The position numbers and the translations under genes are program-made. The notes beneath the pieces were generated by a model. It searched no databases, had not been told where the DNA came from, and worked only from the letters and a program-made list of their open reading frames with translations. This document shows positions 22,047 through 32,411 of a DNA stretch of 64,000 bases, piece after piece. Origin of the DNA: Candidatus Eiseniibacteriota bacterium (lineage in GTDB: Bacteria > Eisenbacteria > RBG-16-71-46 > CAZAMP01); assembly GCA_965224245.1 (NCBI GenBank), contig OZ245046.1:1-64000 (forward strand). The letters run 5' to 3'. Position 1 is the first letter of the stretch. Each line of letters begins with the position of its first letter.

Positions 22047-24005
22047 TCAACGTGTCCGGATGAGCCGCTCCACGGACTCGTGCGTCCCGGCCCGGAGGCG
22101 CAGGAAGTAGACCCCGGGCGAGACCCGAGTGCGACGGGCGTCGCGACCGTCCCAGGCCAGCTGATGGCGGCCGGCCCCCTGCTCTCCGTGGTCCCGATGA
22201 AGGACCACTCGACCGGATGCGTCGAAGATGTCGAGCGACACCGGGCTCGCCGACGGCAAGACGTACGTGAGAACGGCGCCTGCACGCGTGGGATTCGGAT
22301 GCACCCCACTCACGAGCGACCGGACGAGCAGCTGGGCATCATCCACGCCCACCGGTCCGCTTGTCTCGATCCCGATCTCGCGAAGGATCGGCGAGGCATC
22401 CGGACCTCCGGAGCTGAGCGAAACTCGATACTGAACGTACCGGACCGACGGATCGACGACGTCTCCGAACGGCGTCCCGCTGGACGGAACTCGCATGAAA
22501 GCTCCGAGGTCTTCGGGATCGTCGGAGCCACGGATCTCCACCTCGAGCGACGTGACTTCCGGCACGTCGGCGTCCCACGCAATCACGCCCCAGTCCGGAG
22601 CTGCGCCCCCGTCGAGGATCGAGCTTCTGAGGGTTCCGTCGGACACGAAGTCGGTCAGCGTGTACGCCGCGACCTGTACGCCGACATCGGAGACGTCCTC
22701 GAAGCCGGCCACGAGCTCGGGTTTGCCGTCGCGGTCCACGTCACCGGACCCGGCCCACGGGTTGCTGGGTGTCGCGAGGTCGACGTAGGAGAGGTTCCAC
22801 GACGCTCCGTCACCCAGGTTCTCGGACCACGCCAGCTGCCCTGCCGTCGCACCGGATTCCTTTGCACTGACCGCGTCGAGGTCTCCATCACCGTCGAGGT
22901 CCGCGAGGTCGACGTTGAAGCCCCTGAAGAACGGGCCCACCACGAACGCACTCCAAGACGCTCCCTTACCGTCGTTCAGCCACGCCACGAGAACCGAGTT
23001 GTTGATCCCGCTGCCCACGAAATCGATGTCGCCATCGCCGTCCAGGTCGCCCACGTCGAAGTAGCCAGCGCCCTGGATCGTCGGGGAGATCTCGTGCCGG
23101 CTCCAGCTGTCGCCACTGCCGTCGAGGCTCTCGAACCACTCGAAGCGGTCATAGCCGGACACGATCAGATCGAGGTCCCCGTCGCCGTCCACGTCGACCG
23201 GATAGCCCTCGAAGGCATCACCGAAGTCGCCCGAGACATCGTGCTGGCTCCACGTCTCGCCACTGCCGTCCTGGTTCTCGAACCACACCACGTCTGCTTC
23301 TTGCTCGTACACGCCATCGGTGAGGGTGGAGCAACCGATCACGTCGAGGTCGCCGTCTCCATCGATGTCTCCGGCGGCCACGTGGTTCGCGCCCCAGAAG
23401 AGCTCACCGAGCTCGCGCTTCTCCCAGACCCCTCCGGCTCCGTCGAGGTTCTCGAACCATGCATACCGACCATTCCGGTTGGAAGGAGGCGGCGGGGGTG
23501 GATCGATCTCTCCATAGAAGGCGGAGGCAATCACGTCCAGATCTCCGTCGTCGTCGAGGTCGGCGGCGTCGACGTGCCAGGCCCCGTAGAGCTCCTCGGT
23601 GATCACGGTGCGCATCCAGCTTCCGTGGCCATCGTTCTGCCAGACGTACACACCGCCCCGGCGATCATCCGGGTCGAAAGGCGAGATGACGGCATCGGAG
23701 ACGACCACGTCGGCGAAGTCGTCACCGGTGACGTCGGCCACGGCGAGGCGCTTGGGACGGTCGGTGTCGACGATCAGCACGTCCCGAGGAGAATCCAGGC
23801 GGGGCGCCGAGCGGAGCGCGAGCTGTCCGGCCACTGATCGCCAGGCGAGATCGCCCGCGTCGAACCGAGTGCCGAACTCGGGCAGGGGGCCGGCTTCGTC
23901 GGGACCGCCACTCCAGTCGGTCTGCGTGCCTCGACCGTGGACGTTCCCGGGGACCAGTGCGAGGGTCAGCAAGCAGGGAACGAGGAAACGACTCCAGCTC
24001 TTCAT
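22047..24005 (-). CDS. Secreted FG-GAP/VCBS repeat protein with FlgD-Ig C-terminal domain
   Basis: GGAGG RBS and signal MKSWSRFLVPCLLTLALVPGNVHG. DLDGDGDLD repeats with WFEN. C-terminus HPNPT...WDGRDAR...PGVYF. Confidence 0.9.
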   Translation of the reverse strand: MKSWSRFLVPCLLTLALVPGNVHGRGTQTDWSGGPDEAGPLPEFGTRFDAGDLAWRSVAGQLALRSAPRLDSPRDVLIVDTDRPKRLAVADVTGDDFADVVVSDAVISPFDPDDRRGGVYVWQNDGHGSWMRTVITEELYGAWHVDAADLDDDGDLDVIASAFYGEIDPPPPPPSNRNGRYAWFENLDGAGGVWEKRELGELFWGANHVAAGDIDGDGDLDVIGCSTLTDGVYEQEADVVWFENQDGSGETWSQHDVSGDFGDAFEGYPVDVDGDGDLDLIVSGYDRFEWFESLDGSGDSWSRHEISPTIQGAGYFDVGDLDGDGDIDFVGSGINNSVLVAWLNDGKGASWSAFVVGPFFRGFNVDLADLDGDGDLDAVSAKESGATAGQLAWSENLGDGASWNLSYVDLATPSNPWAGSGDVDRDGKPELVAGFEDVSDVGVQVAAYTLTDFVSDGTLRSSILDGGAAPDWGVIAWDADVPEVTSLEVEIRGSDDPEDLGAFMRVPSSGTPFGDVVDPSVRYVQYRVSLSSGGPDASPILREIGIETSGPVGVDDAQLLVRSLVSGVHPNPTRAGAVLTYVLPSASPVSLDIFDASGRVVLHRDHGEQGAGRHQLAWDGRDARRTRVSPGVYFLRLRAGTHESVERLIRTR

Positions 24006-24363
24006 CGTCAGCGACCTCCCGTGTGGAGTCTCCCGCGAGACGGCGACTCCGTTCTTCGACTGTCCGCCAGCGCGTCCCGCTGGCGTTTCACGACGGCCGC
24101 ACGAGCCACCGATCGCGCTTCTTGCCATCAAAGCTGGTTACGACGGTTAGGTCGAGAGGGTTCCCGATTATCCGGCAATATGTGTCTTGATGGTTAGGTC
24201 GAAGTCGGGCTCGGAAGGACCGGCACGCCGGGCCGAGCGCCGTGACCCGGGCCGAGCCGAGGAATCGCAGATTCGTGGATTGATTCGATCCCGATCGAGG
24301 TGTTCCCATTTAGGCCACACCAGAGCGACCGCCGATCGAACGCCTGATCGAGGAGGCATCGCC

Positions 24364-27300
24364 ATGGACCGTGTGCACGCCCTCCGACACCCTTCCGGGA
24401 CCGTGATGGGCCCCGTGCTGGTGCTGACGCTGGCGCTGGCCGGCGCCGCCACGGCAGGACCCCGGATCTGCAACATCCCAGACGACGCGCCGCTTCCTTC
24501 TCACGTCCTCGACGCGCTGGCACAGCCCGACAGGGGTCCCGAGCCCCCCTGGGGGTACGGTCGCCTCCTGGACATGACCCTCGCGAACCGTCGAGCACTT
24601 CGCGCGGGTCAGATCGACCCGGCGGAAGCCGAGACCCGCGGCGGGACCCTCGTCGGAGGGTCCCGGAAGATCCCGGTGTTTCCCGTTCTGTATGCAAACA
24701 CCGGCTCGGCGCCCTACGCGACGACCGAGCTCGACAAGCAGCTCTTCAGCGGCCCCTGGTCGACGGGCACGATGCGCGACTTCTACAGCGAGATCTCCTA
24801 CGGCAACTTCTCCCTCGGCGGGGAGGTCTACGACTGGTACACGCTGGACGAGAACGACACGTACTACGAGGGATCCGGACAGGGGTTGAGCACGGCAACC
24901 GATCGCACCGACGAGCTGATGATCGAGGTGCTCGACGCCCGTGACGGAGCGATCGACTTCGGTCAGTTCGACAACGACGGACCCGACGGCATCCCGAACT
25001 CCGCCGACGATGACGGCTATGTCGACTTCGTGGCCTTCATCCATCCCGAGCGCGACGGGGCGTGCAGCGTGGAGCCCAACAACATCTGGGCGCACGCGTG
25101 GTTCCTCAGCAACTGGACCGGGAGCTACTACGAAACGGACGATCCGTCATCGGTGGCGGGCGTGTCCAACGTCCGGATCGACTCCTACTTCATCTCCGGC
25201 GGGCTCAAGTGCGACGGGACGACTCAGGCGGGGATCGGGACGATGTCCCACGAGTTCGGTCACGCGCTGGGGATCAAGGACCTGTACGACACCACGCCGG
25301 CCGGCGCTCCGAACTCGGAGGGCCTCGGGCACTGGGGTCTCATGGCGGCCGGGAACTGGAACGACCAGGATCATCCCGCCCACATGTGCGCGTGGTCGAA
25401 GGAGCGCCTGGGCTGGCTCTCGTACTTCAACGTGACCCAGAAGGCCGAGGAGCTCTGCCTGCCGCCCGTCGAGACACATCCGGTCGCGGTGCGACTCTGG
25501 ACGCACGGGGAGTTCGGGGCGGAGTACTTCGTGGTCGAGAACCGGCAGCCGATCGGCTTCGACGATCAGCTGCACGGGCAGGGACTGGTGATCTATCACG
25601 TGGACGAAGACGTCTACGACGCGAACGAATCGTTGAACACCGTGCAGGGGGACGAGGCCCACAAGTCGATCGACGTGGAGTGCGCCGACGCGACGACCGC
25701 TGCCCACGTGGCGAACGCCGACGACCTCGACACGCTCGCCAACCGCGGTGACGCGGCCGACGTCTGGTGCCCGGACACGCAGACGGACTTCACGTCCTCG
25801 TCGGTGCCCGACACGCGATCCTACTCCGGTGTCGACACCGAGGTGGCCGTCCGTGGGATCGATTCCTGCGACGGGCGCTCCGGCGACGGGTGGATCTGCG
25901 CGCAGTACGAGGTGGGCGTGCCGTTCGCGGCGGACCTGTGCATGGTCGATTGCGCGAGCGACGGGTGCGCGGAGATCAGCGCGTGCGGCCGCTGGTGGGC
26001 CAGTCCCGATCTCTGGATCGACAACGACGACGACGGCGACGACGACTTCCCGGCCGAGGGTGTCGACAATCACCTCTGGTTCCGGGTAAAGAACGATGGG
26101 CCGGACGATCTCTCCGGGGTCTCGGTGTCGCTGTACTACGCGGACCCGTCGATGGGGCTCCTGTTCCCGTCCACCGGAGCGCTCATCGACACGAAGGTCA
26201 TCGATGCGATCGGGGCGGGCATGGAGGTCGAGGACTACGTCGTCTTCAGCTACCCGACGACACCCGAGTTCGTCGACCACTACTGCATCGGCGCCATCGC
26301 CACGCACGCGCTCGACCCGCAGAACAGCGAGTACCCGCCGAACGACAACAACGTGGCCCAGATCAATCACCAGGTCCTGGTCGAACGGGCCAGCGCCCTC
26401 GCCGGTGTGGTGGGCGCCGAATGCGGACCCTTCGAGAAGAAGTCCGTCATCAACCTGCTCGGCTGCGGCCGGCACTCGGGGGTGACCGCCGTCGTGAGGG
26501 CGGGATCGTATCCCGAATACGACGACGTCGTGCTTCCCGACGGATGGAACGTCTTCTTCGATCCCGGACCGTACTTCCTCGCCGAGTGCGAGCCGGTACC
26601 GCTGCTCGTGGAGGTGAACGCGCCGGTGACGAGCCATGGCGACTTTGCGTATCTACCGCTGACACTCGTCGACCAGCAGACCGGCGAGCCCATCGGCGGC
26701 GTGATCATGGAGTACCATGTCGACTGCCTGGAGCCGTCCTGGGACGGTGGGGCCGTGCAGTGTCTCGAGCCGCGCGGCGACGACCTCGAGGGACCGACCG
26801 TCATGCTCGAGTGGAACCCGGTCGAGCACGACGTGGCGGGGAACCCCGAGACGATCCAGTACTACGAGGTCTGGCGACAGGACAACATGGGAGGATCGCT
26901 CACGCACCTCGCGGACGTGGCGGTGGATGCCGAGCCGGATCTGCCTCGCTTCCAGTTCTACGACGATCCGCTCCTCGATCTGGGGTGGGAGTGGACGTAC
27001 TACGTGCGCGGGGTCGACTGGGCGGACATCCCGGGGGCCTTCTCGTCACCGATGATCGCCGACTGCGCGGCGCTGGCAGTGGGCGAGACGCCGGGGCTGG
27101 CCGTCATCCGGCTCGACCAGAACCACCCGAACCCGTTCAACCCGCACACGACGATCAGGTTCTCGCTCGACGCCGCGGCACGCGTGCGCATCGAGATCCT
27201 GGACCTCACCGGTCGCCTGGTGCGAACGATCGTGGATCGGGCCTTCGACGAAGGGGACTGGGCGACGGACTGGGATGGCACCGACACCCACGGAGAGCCG

Positions 27301-27378
27301 GTACCGTCGGGCGTGTACATGTACGCGCTGCGTACCGGAGGTGACATCCGGACCCGCAAGATGATCGTGCTCAGGTGA
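24364..27378 (+). CDS. Secreted M6 family (immune inhibitor A-like) metalloprotease with FlgD-Ig C-terminal domain
   Basis: GAGGAGG RBS, signal peptide and zinc motif HEFGHALGIKDLYD. Also WGLMAAGNWN, WSKERLGW and EYFVVENRQ. C-terminus NHPNPFNP...RKMIVLR. Confidence 0.93.
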   Translation: MDRVHALRHPSGTVMGPVLVLTLALAGAATAGPRICNIPDDAPLPSHVLDALAQPDRGPEPPWGYGRLLDMTLANRRALRAGQIDPAEAETRGGTLVGGSRKIPVFPVLYANTGSAPYATTELDKQLFSGPWSTGTMRDFYSEISYGNFSLGGEVYDWYTLDENDTYYEGSGQGLSTATDRTDELMIEVLDARDGAIDFGQFDNDGPDGIPNSADDDGYVDFVAFIHPERDGACSVEPNNIWAHAWFLSNWTGSYYETDDPSSVAGVSNVRIDSYFISGGLKCDGTTQAGIGTMSHEFGHALGIKDLYDTTPAGAPNSEGLGHWGLMAAGNWNDQDHPAHMCAWSKERLGWLSYFNVTQKAEELCLPPVETHPVAVRLWTHGEFGAEYFVVENRQPIGFDDQLHGQGLVIYHVDEDVYDANESLNTVQGDEAHKSIDVECADATTAAHVANADDLDTLANRGDAADVWCPDTQTDFTSSSVPDTRSYSGVDTEVAVRGIDSCDGRSGDGWICAQYEVGVPFAADLCMVDCASDGCAEISACGRWWASPDLWIDNDDDGDDDFPAEGVDNHLWFRVKNDGPDDLSGVSVSLYYADPSMGLLFPSTGALIDTKVIDAIGAGMEVEDYVVFSYPTTPEFVDHYCIGAIATHALDPQNSEYPPNDNNVAQINHQVLVERASALAGVVGAECGPFEKKSVINLLGCGRHSGVTAVVRAGSYPEYDDVVLPDGWNVFFDPGPYFLAECEPVPLLVEVNAPVTSHGDFAYLPLTLVDQQTGEPIGGVIMEYHVDCLEPSWDGGAVQCLEPRGDDLEGPTVMLEWNPVEHDVAGNPETIQYYEVWRQDNMGGSLTHLADVAVDAEPDLPRFQFYDDPLLDLGWEWTYYVRGVDWADIPGAFSSPMIADCAALAVGETPGLAVIRLDQNHPNPFNPHTTIRFSLDAAARVRIEILDLTGRLVRTIVDRAFDEGDWATDWDGTDTHGEPVPSGVYMYALRTGGDIRTRKMIVLR

Positions 27379-27385
27379 TTTCCCC

Positions 27386-27420
27386 AGCCGCCGCCGCCGG
27401 CGGGTCCGTCGTCGGCGGCT
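27386..27420. terminator. Possible terminator hairpin between convergent genes
   Basis: AGCCGCCG...CGGCGGCT inverted repeat just after the stop at 27378. Confidence 0.35.
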
Positions 27421-27472
27421 CTTCGGACAGCGCGGGGACCCGGCGGGCGTACCGTCGACGAAGCCGACGCCT

Positions 27473-29011
27473 CTAGAGTGCATCCGAGACGCCTGAGAAC
27501 GGGATGCCGCCGAGCCTTGCCAGGTCGTGGTGCCAGGTCGCGATGTCGTCTCGATCGAAGGCGGACAGGCGATCGTGCCCACAGGCGCGAGCCATCACCT
27601 TCATGAGATCCACGGAGCTGGTCAGGAACCGCGCGAGTTGCTCCGCACTTCGGTCTATCTGAAGCCGCTGTCGCAGCTCGGGCTTCTGAGTTGCGACACC
27701 GGCCGGGCAGTTGTTCGTGTTGCAGATCCGGGCGGCCACACAGCCGATGGCCTGCATGGCCGAGTTGGCCAGAGCGATCCCGTCGGCGCCCAGGGCCATG
27801 GCCTTGACGAAGTCCGGCGGCACCCGCAGTCCACCGGTGGCGATCAGCGTGACGCAGCCGCTGGCGCCTTGCCGGTCGAGATGACGGCGGGCCCGCGCCA
27901 GAGCGGGAATGGACGGCACCGAGATGTGGTCTCTGAAGATCAGCGGCGCGGCGCCGGTGCCACCACCTCGACCGTCGAGAATGATGTAGTCCGCTCCCGC
28001 CTGCAGAGCGAACTCGATGTCGCGCTCGATGTGATTTGCGCTCAGCTTGAACCCGATCGGGATCCCACCGGTGAGCTCACGGACGCGATCTCCGAAGGCT
28101 CGGAAGTCCGCCACCGTGCGCAGGTCGCGAAACGTCGCCGGCGATACTGCGGGAGTCCCCGGCTCGATTCCCCTGACCTCCGCGATCTTCCCGACGTTCT
28201 TCTCACCCGGGAGGTGACCACCGGTGCCGGTCTTGGCCCCTTGCCCGCCTTTGAAGTGAAATGCCTGCAACTTGGAGAGCAACTCCTCGTCGTAGCCGAA
28301 CTTCGCCGACGCGAGCTCGTAGAAGTACCGTGAGTTGGCCTGTTGCTCCTCGGGCAGCATCCCGCCCTCACCGGAGCAGATACCGGTTCCGGCGAGCTCG
28401 GCGCCTTTCGCCAGCGCCACCTTCGCCTCCTCGGACAGCGCCCCGAAGCTCATGTCCGAAACGAACAAGGGTATGTCGAGCGTGAGAGGCTTACTTGCCT
28501 CGGGGCCGATGACCAGGCGGCTGTCGACCGGAGCATCGTCGAGCAGTGGCTTCCGGGCCATCTGGCCGACGATGATCTGGATGTCGTCCCAGTGTGGCAG
28601 ATCCTTGCGTGGCACACCCATCGCACCCATCGGCCCGTGGCTCCCGAGCCGCTTCAAGCCCTCCTTCGCGAGCTGATGCACGTAGGCCACCGTTGGCTCC
28701 TCTGGAGTGGCCTTGGCCTCGGGTGTGTCGCCCGTTCGTTCGAGCCGAAACTCATGACCAACCTCATCCGCCGGTACCTGCGCATGGCTGCCGTCGCAGA
28801 AGGGTGCGTTCGCCGTCTGCTTGCATTGGCACAGGTGTGCCGAGCCGTCCTCGTCCGCCTCGAAGGTCAGTGGCGTGATGGCGGTGCCGGCGTGACTGCC
28901 GTCACAGAAGGGCTGGCTCCTGGACCTACCGCAGCGACAGAAGTGGTAGCGCTTGCCGGCCTCGAGGTTGACGGCTTTCGGTTTGTTGTCGGACACGATG
29001 GGTTCGGCCAT
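27473..29011 (-). CDS. FMN-binding glutamate synthase-related protein with two N-terminal CDGSH [2Fe-2S] domains
   Basis: Two CxCx(9)CDGSH motifs, MSFGALS, SGEGG, GQGAKTGTGGHLP, DGRGGGTGA and the [3Fe-4S] motif CVAARICNTNNCPAG. Confidence 0.93.
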   Translation of the reverse strand: MAEPIVSDNKPKAVNLEAGKRYHFCRCGRSRSQPFCDGSHAGTAITPLTFEADEDGSAHLCQCKQTANAPFCDGSHAQVPADEVGHEFRLERTGDTPEAKATPEEPTVAYVHQLAKEGLKRLGSHGPMGAMGVPRKDLPHWDDIQIIVGQMARKPLLDDAPVDSRLVIGPEASKPLTLDIPLFVSDMSFGALSEEAKVALAKGAELAGTGICSGEGGMLPEEQQANSRYFYELASAKFGYDEELLSKLQAFHFKGGQGAKTGTGGHLPGEKNVGKIAEVRGIEPGTPAVSPATFRDLRTVADFRAFGDRVRELTGGIPIGFKLSANHIERDIEFALQAGADYIILDGRGGGTGAAPLIFRDHISVPSIPALARARRHLDRQGASGCVTLIATGGLRVPPDFVKAMALGADGIALANSAMQAIGCVAARICNTNNCPAGVATQKPELRQRLQIDRSAEQLARFLTSSVDLMKVMARACGHDRLSAFDRDDIATWHHDLARLGGIPFSGVSDAL

Positions 29012-29159
29012 CAGTGGGCCCCCTTTCTTCCCTGTCACGAACTTCGGAGTACCCTACCCGTGCATCACATGGGCTCCGCCACCGATCAGTCATGGGAGGT
29101 GTGCGCCCACGAACGGACGATCCATCGGCGTCATCCCGAGAATCTCCTCTACAAAGATA

Positions 29160-29199
29160 TTGACGAATCAAAATACATGAAACAGACTTCGTATGTCAA
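29160..29199 (+). promoter_or_regulatory. AT-rich sigma70-like promoter/operator region between divergent genes
   Basis: TTGACG at 29160, an AT-rich tract bracketed by TTGAC...GTCAA, and AAGGAGG RBS immediately downstream. Confidence 0.45.
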
Positions 29200-29210
29200 G
29201 GAGGATCCCG

Positions 29211-29603
29211 ATGATGGCCCGAGACGCCAGGACCCAGCGAAACGGCCACTGGACCTTTCTCAGCAACCACGCGCACGTCCTGGTGTGCCTCCGGCGCAGC
29301 CGCCATCCGCGTGTCCGGGACATTGCCGAGGCGGTTGGGATCACCGAACGGGCCGTGCTCCTCATTCTCTCCGATCTCGAGGCGGAGGGTATCGTGGAGC
29401 GTGTTCGAGAAGGACGTCGAAACCACTACGTCCTGAATCTCGAGACGCCTCTCCGTCATCCCTTGGAGGCACACCGATCGGTCCGGCAGCTTCTGGACAT
29501 GGTAGGGGACGAGCGACGCCGATCGCGGGGTCCCGTACCAAAGGCAGCGAGCGTTTCGCCGGAGAAGACGACTCGCCGGAAGCGGCGCCGAGCGCACGAC
29601 TGA
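29211..29603 (+). CDS. Winged helix-turn-helix transcriptional regulator (MarR/ArsR-like, WTFLSNH family)
   Basis: WTFLSNHAHVLVCL...RDIAEAVGITERAV...REGRRNHY...LRHPLE. Confidence 0.9.
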   Translation: MMARDARTQRNGHWTFLSNHAHVLVCLRRSRHPRVRDIAEAVGITERAVLLILSDLEAEGIVERVREGRRNHYVLNLETPLRHPLEAHRSVRQLLDMVGDERRRSRGPVPKAASVSPEKTTRRKRRRAHD

Positions 29604-29718
29604 CGCCGCCACGACGATCGACGCGTGGCCAGAAGGGCCGCACGTCCGGCCGCATCTCGTATCAGTAATCTGAGCCACTCGATGGCGACACCATGGGGAA
29701 TCGGAAACGAAGTGCCAC

Positions 29719-30420
29719 TTGATTGCTGTCGTCGGTGTTGTCTTCGCCGGCTTCGGAGCCACTGCCGTCCAGGCATCGCCGGTCGCGGATGTCCTCACCC
29801 GGGAGGAGCAGGCCGCCCTCACCCCGGACCAGGTCCTGGCCGAACTGAAGGCGGGTAACGAGAGATTCGTCCGCGACGCTCTCACCAGTCGGGATTATCG
29901 GGCTCAGATGGAGGCTACATCGACGGGCCAGTATCCCATGGCGACCGTGCTCTCCTGCCTTGACAGCCGTGTGCCGGTGGAGATCATCTTCGACAGAGGT
30001 ATAGGCGACCTCTTCGTCGGTCGGGTGGCGGGCAATGTCGATGACGAGAACATGCTCGGCAGCTTCGAGTTCGCGACCGGGATCGCGGGATCGAAGCTCG
30101 TCGTGGTCCTCGGGCATACCTCGTGTGGAGCGGTGAAGGGAGCGATCGATCGCGAGGCCGTCGCGGACCTGAGCTACGAGAACCTCGACGAGCTGGTCGA
30201 GGTCATCAATCCCGCCGTCGAGGCGGCTCTCAAAGAGGGCGAAGAGCGATCCTCGAAGAACAGCGATCTCGTGGATCGCGCGGTCCGGCAAAACGTCGCC
30301 ATGACCATCGAGCGTATCCGAGACAAGAGCCCCGATCTCAGGAAGATGGAGGACGAGGGGAGGATCCGCATCGTGGGCGCGATCTACGACCTCGCGACCG
30401 GAAGGATTTCATGGCTGTGA
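29719..30420 (+). CDS. Beta-class carbonic anhydrase, probably exported
   Basis: Zinc ligands CLDSR and HTSCGA, plus GNERF and RVAGN. Hydrophobic N-terminus ending AVQA. Start uncertain (TTG; an upstream ATG at 29693 is out of frame by one base). Confidence 0.92.
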   Translation: MIAVVGVVFAGFGATAVQASPVADVLTREEQAALTPDQVLAELKAGNERFVRDALTSRDYRAQMEATSTGQYPMATVLSCLDSRVPVEIIFDRGIGDLFVGRVAGNVDDENMLGSFEFATGIAGSKLVVVLGHTSCGAVKGAIDREAVADLSYENLDELVEVINPAVEAALKEGEERSSKNSDLVDRAVRQNVAMTIERIRDKSPDLRKMEDEGRIRIVGAIYDLATGRISWL

Positions 30421-30564
30421 GCAAGGGCAGTCGATTTGGAGCTCGCCGCCGCCTTCGTGCCCGGGCGAGTCCCGTCGCGCGTCGTGCGGTGAAGGCTTGA
30501 TGCCGTTTCCGACCGCATCCGTGTCGGTCACGTGTGAACGTGTGCGGCAGCCGGGGAGCGTCCG

Positions 30565-31866
30565 GTGACCCGCTCACGCGTCGGAATGCACCCGGTTCTG
30601 CCGTGGGATCTCTTTGGTCCGATCCTCGCCGTGCACTTTCTCGGCACCCTCGGCTTCTCGCTGGCGGTTCCCTTCCTGGTCTTCATCGTCAACGATCTCG
30701 GAGGCGCGAGCTGGACCTATGGGCTGGTCGGTGCAACGTACTCGGCCTTTCAGCTCTTCGGCGCACCACTCCTGGGTCGCTGGTCGGATCGAACCGGGCG
30801 AAGACCCGTGCTCGTCACCACTCAGGTGGGGACGCTGGCGGCATGGTTGCTCCTGCTCGTCGCGCTGTCGCTCCCGGTGACCGGTCTCATCGAGGTTGCC
30901 GGCGCGACGCTGACGGTTCCCTTGCTGCTGGTCTTCCTGGCGCGCGCGCTCGACGGCGGCACCGGCGGCAACATCTCGGTGGCCAATGCGTACGTTGCGG
31001 ACCTGACTCGCGATGCCCCGGAGCTTCGTCAGGTGGCCTTCGGCCGCATGGCCATGGCCGCGAGCCTGGGCTTCGTCATCGGCCCCGCCGGGGCCGGCCT
31101 CCTGGGGAGCACGGCGTGGGGACCCAGGCTACCGATCGCCGTCGCCGCCGGCTTTGCTGCGCTCACCACCGCCGTGATCATTCTCAGGCTCGACGAGCCA
31201 GCCAGGCGCTGCCCGAAGGGGCCGCCGGTCCCAGGCGCTCTCGAAGCGGGCCTCAATCAGCAGGCGAAGCCCTGCGACCGGGCGCCTGAGAAAGCCGCGC
31301 TGTGGAGAGCCCTCGTGGCCGGAGCAGCCACACCGGTTCTCGTGGCGACCTTCCTGCTCTTTCTCGCCTTCAACTTCTTCTACGCGGCGTTCCCGGTGTA
31401 CGCCACACAGGTGTATGCATGGCAGGCCGGTGAGATCGGTGTCTTCTTCGCCGTCCTGTCCGGGATGATGCTGATCGCTCAGGGCCCCCTGCTCACACAC
31501 GCGTCCCGGCGACTCCGCCCGAACGTGATCTTCGCGGTGGGGGTGGGCCTTCTGGCGCTCGCATTCCTGGCTTTCCAGCTTCGATCAGGACCTCTCGCCT
31601 ATGTCGGTGCCGTCGGCTTCGCGCTGGGCAACGGCCTGTCCTGGCCGGTCTTTCAGGCTCGAGTCGCGGAAATCGGCGGTGAGATGCAAGGCGTCGTACA
31701 GGGAGCCGTCACCAGCGCCAGCAGTCTCGCCAGCATTGCGGGACTGGTCATCGGAGGGCTCCTCTATCCGGCGCTGGGCGGCTACCTGTTCGTCGTGGCG
31801 GCGGGAATCTTCGCGCTGACGCTGGCGCTCACGCCCGTGTGGTTCGGGGTCGTGAGGGCTCCGTAG
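30565..31866 (+). CDS. MFS transporter (TetA/DHA1-like)
   Basis: Motif A GRWSDRTGRRP, GGNISVANAYVAD, GFVIGPA and about 12 TM segments. Confidence 0.93.
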   Translation: MTRSRVGMHPVLPWDLFGPILAVHFLGTLGFSLAVPFLVFIVNDLGGASWTYGLVGATYSAFQLFGAPLLGRWSDRTGRRPVLVTTQVGTLAAWLLLLVALSLPVTGLIEVAGATLTVPLLLVFLARALDGGTGGNISVANAYVADLTRDAPELRQVAFGRMAMAASLGFVIGPAGAGLLGSTAWGPRLPIAVAAGFAALTTAVIILRLDEPARRCPKGPPVPGALEAGLNQQAKPCDRAPEKAALWRALVAGAATPVLVATFLLFLAFNFFYAAFPVYATQVYAWQAGEIGVFFAVLSGMMLIAQGPLLTHASRRLRPNVIFAVGVGLLALAFLAFQLRSGPLAYVGAVGFALGNGLSWPVFQARVAEIGGEMQGVVQGAVTSASSLASIAGLVIGGLLYPALGGYLFVVAAGIFALTLALTPVWFGVVRAP

Positions 31867-32411
31867 GATCGAGTAGCGGGCCGAGCTTTGACCTGGCTCC
31901 CGTGGGGCGCTTCGCGGAGCCCGACGTGCCCCTCCCTGATCTTCCACTTTGTTGCCGAATCCATGAACGTCTTGCCGTGAACTTCGGTTCCTCCGGACTC
32001 GGTCACGTACCTGCTGGAGGCCCCGTGGAGTTCTACGAGATCGGGGATCCGAGCCACACGACCATCGCGACCCTGGATGCGGCGGAGGTCTTCGTGGTGG
32101 CTGGTGACGGCCCGATTCCCGTGCCGCCATCTGCCGAAGCGGCGCTGGTCCCGGTTCGTTTCACTCCCAACCCCGCGACGACCGGCGGTGTCTTCTCGTA
32201 CATGGTGAGGGACACGCCGGTGAACATCGCCATACCAGCAGTCGATGATGCAAACGCATCATGGGCGGGTGCGCGCCCCTTGCGTAGAGTGCAGCGGTAC
32301 GAGCGGCCAACCCTCGCCTTGCTGGGTCTGCGTTCCGAGCAGTCGAGAAGACGAAGTGCCGCCCCAGCGCGACGAGTCGCCGCGGTTCCTTCCGGGAAAG
32401 GGGTGGAATCT

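Noticed and set aside
22080-26637. Long ORFs 22080-23837(+) and 25147-26637(-)
   Set aside because: Shadows of the VCBS and M6 protease genes.
29160-29171. TTGAC-GA-ATCAA resembling an FNR box
   Set aside because: The spacer is 2 nt rather than the required 4.
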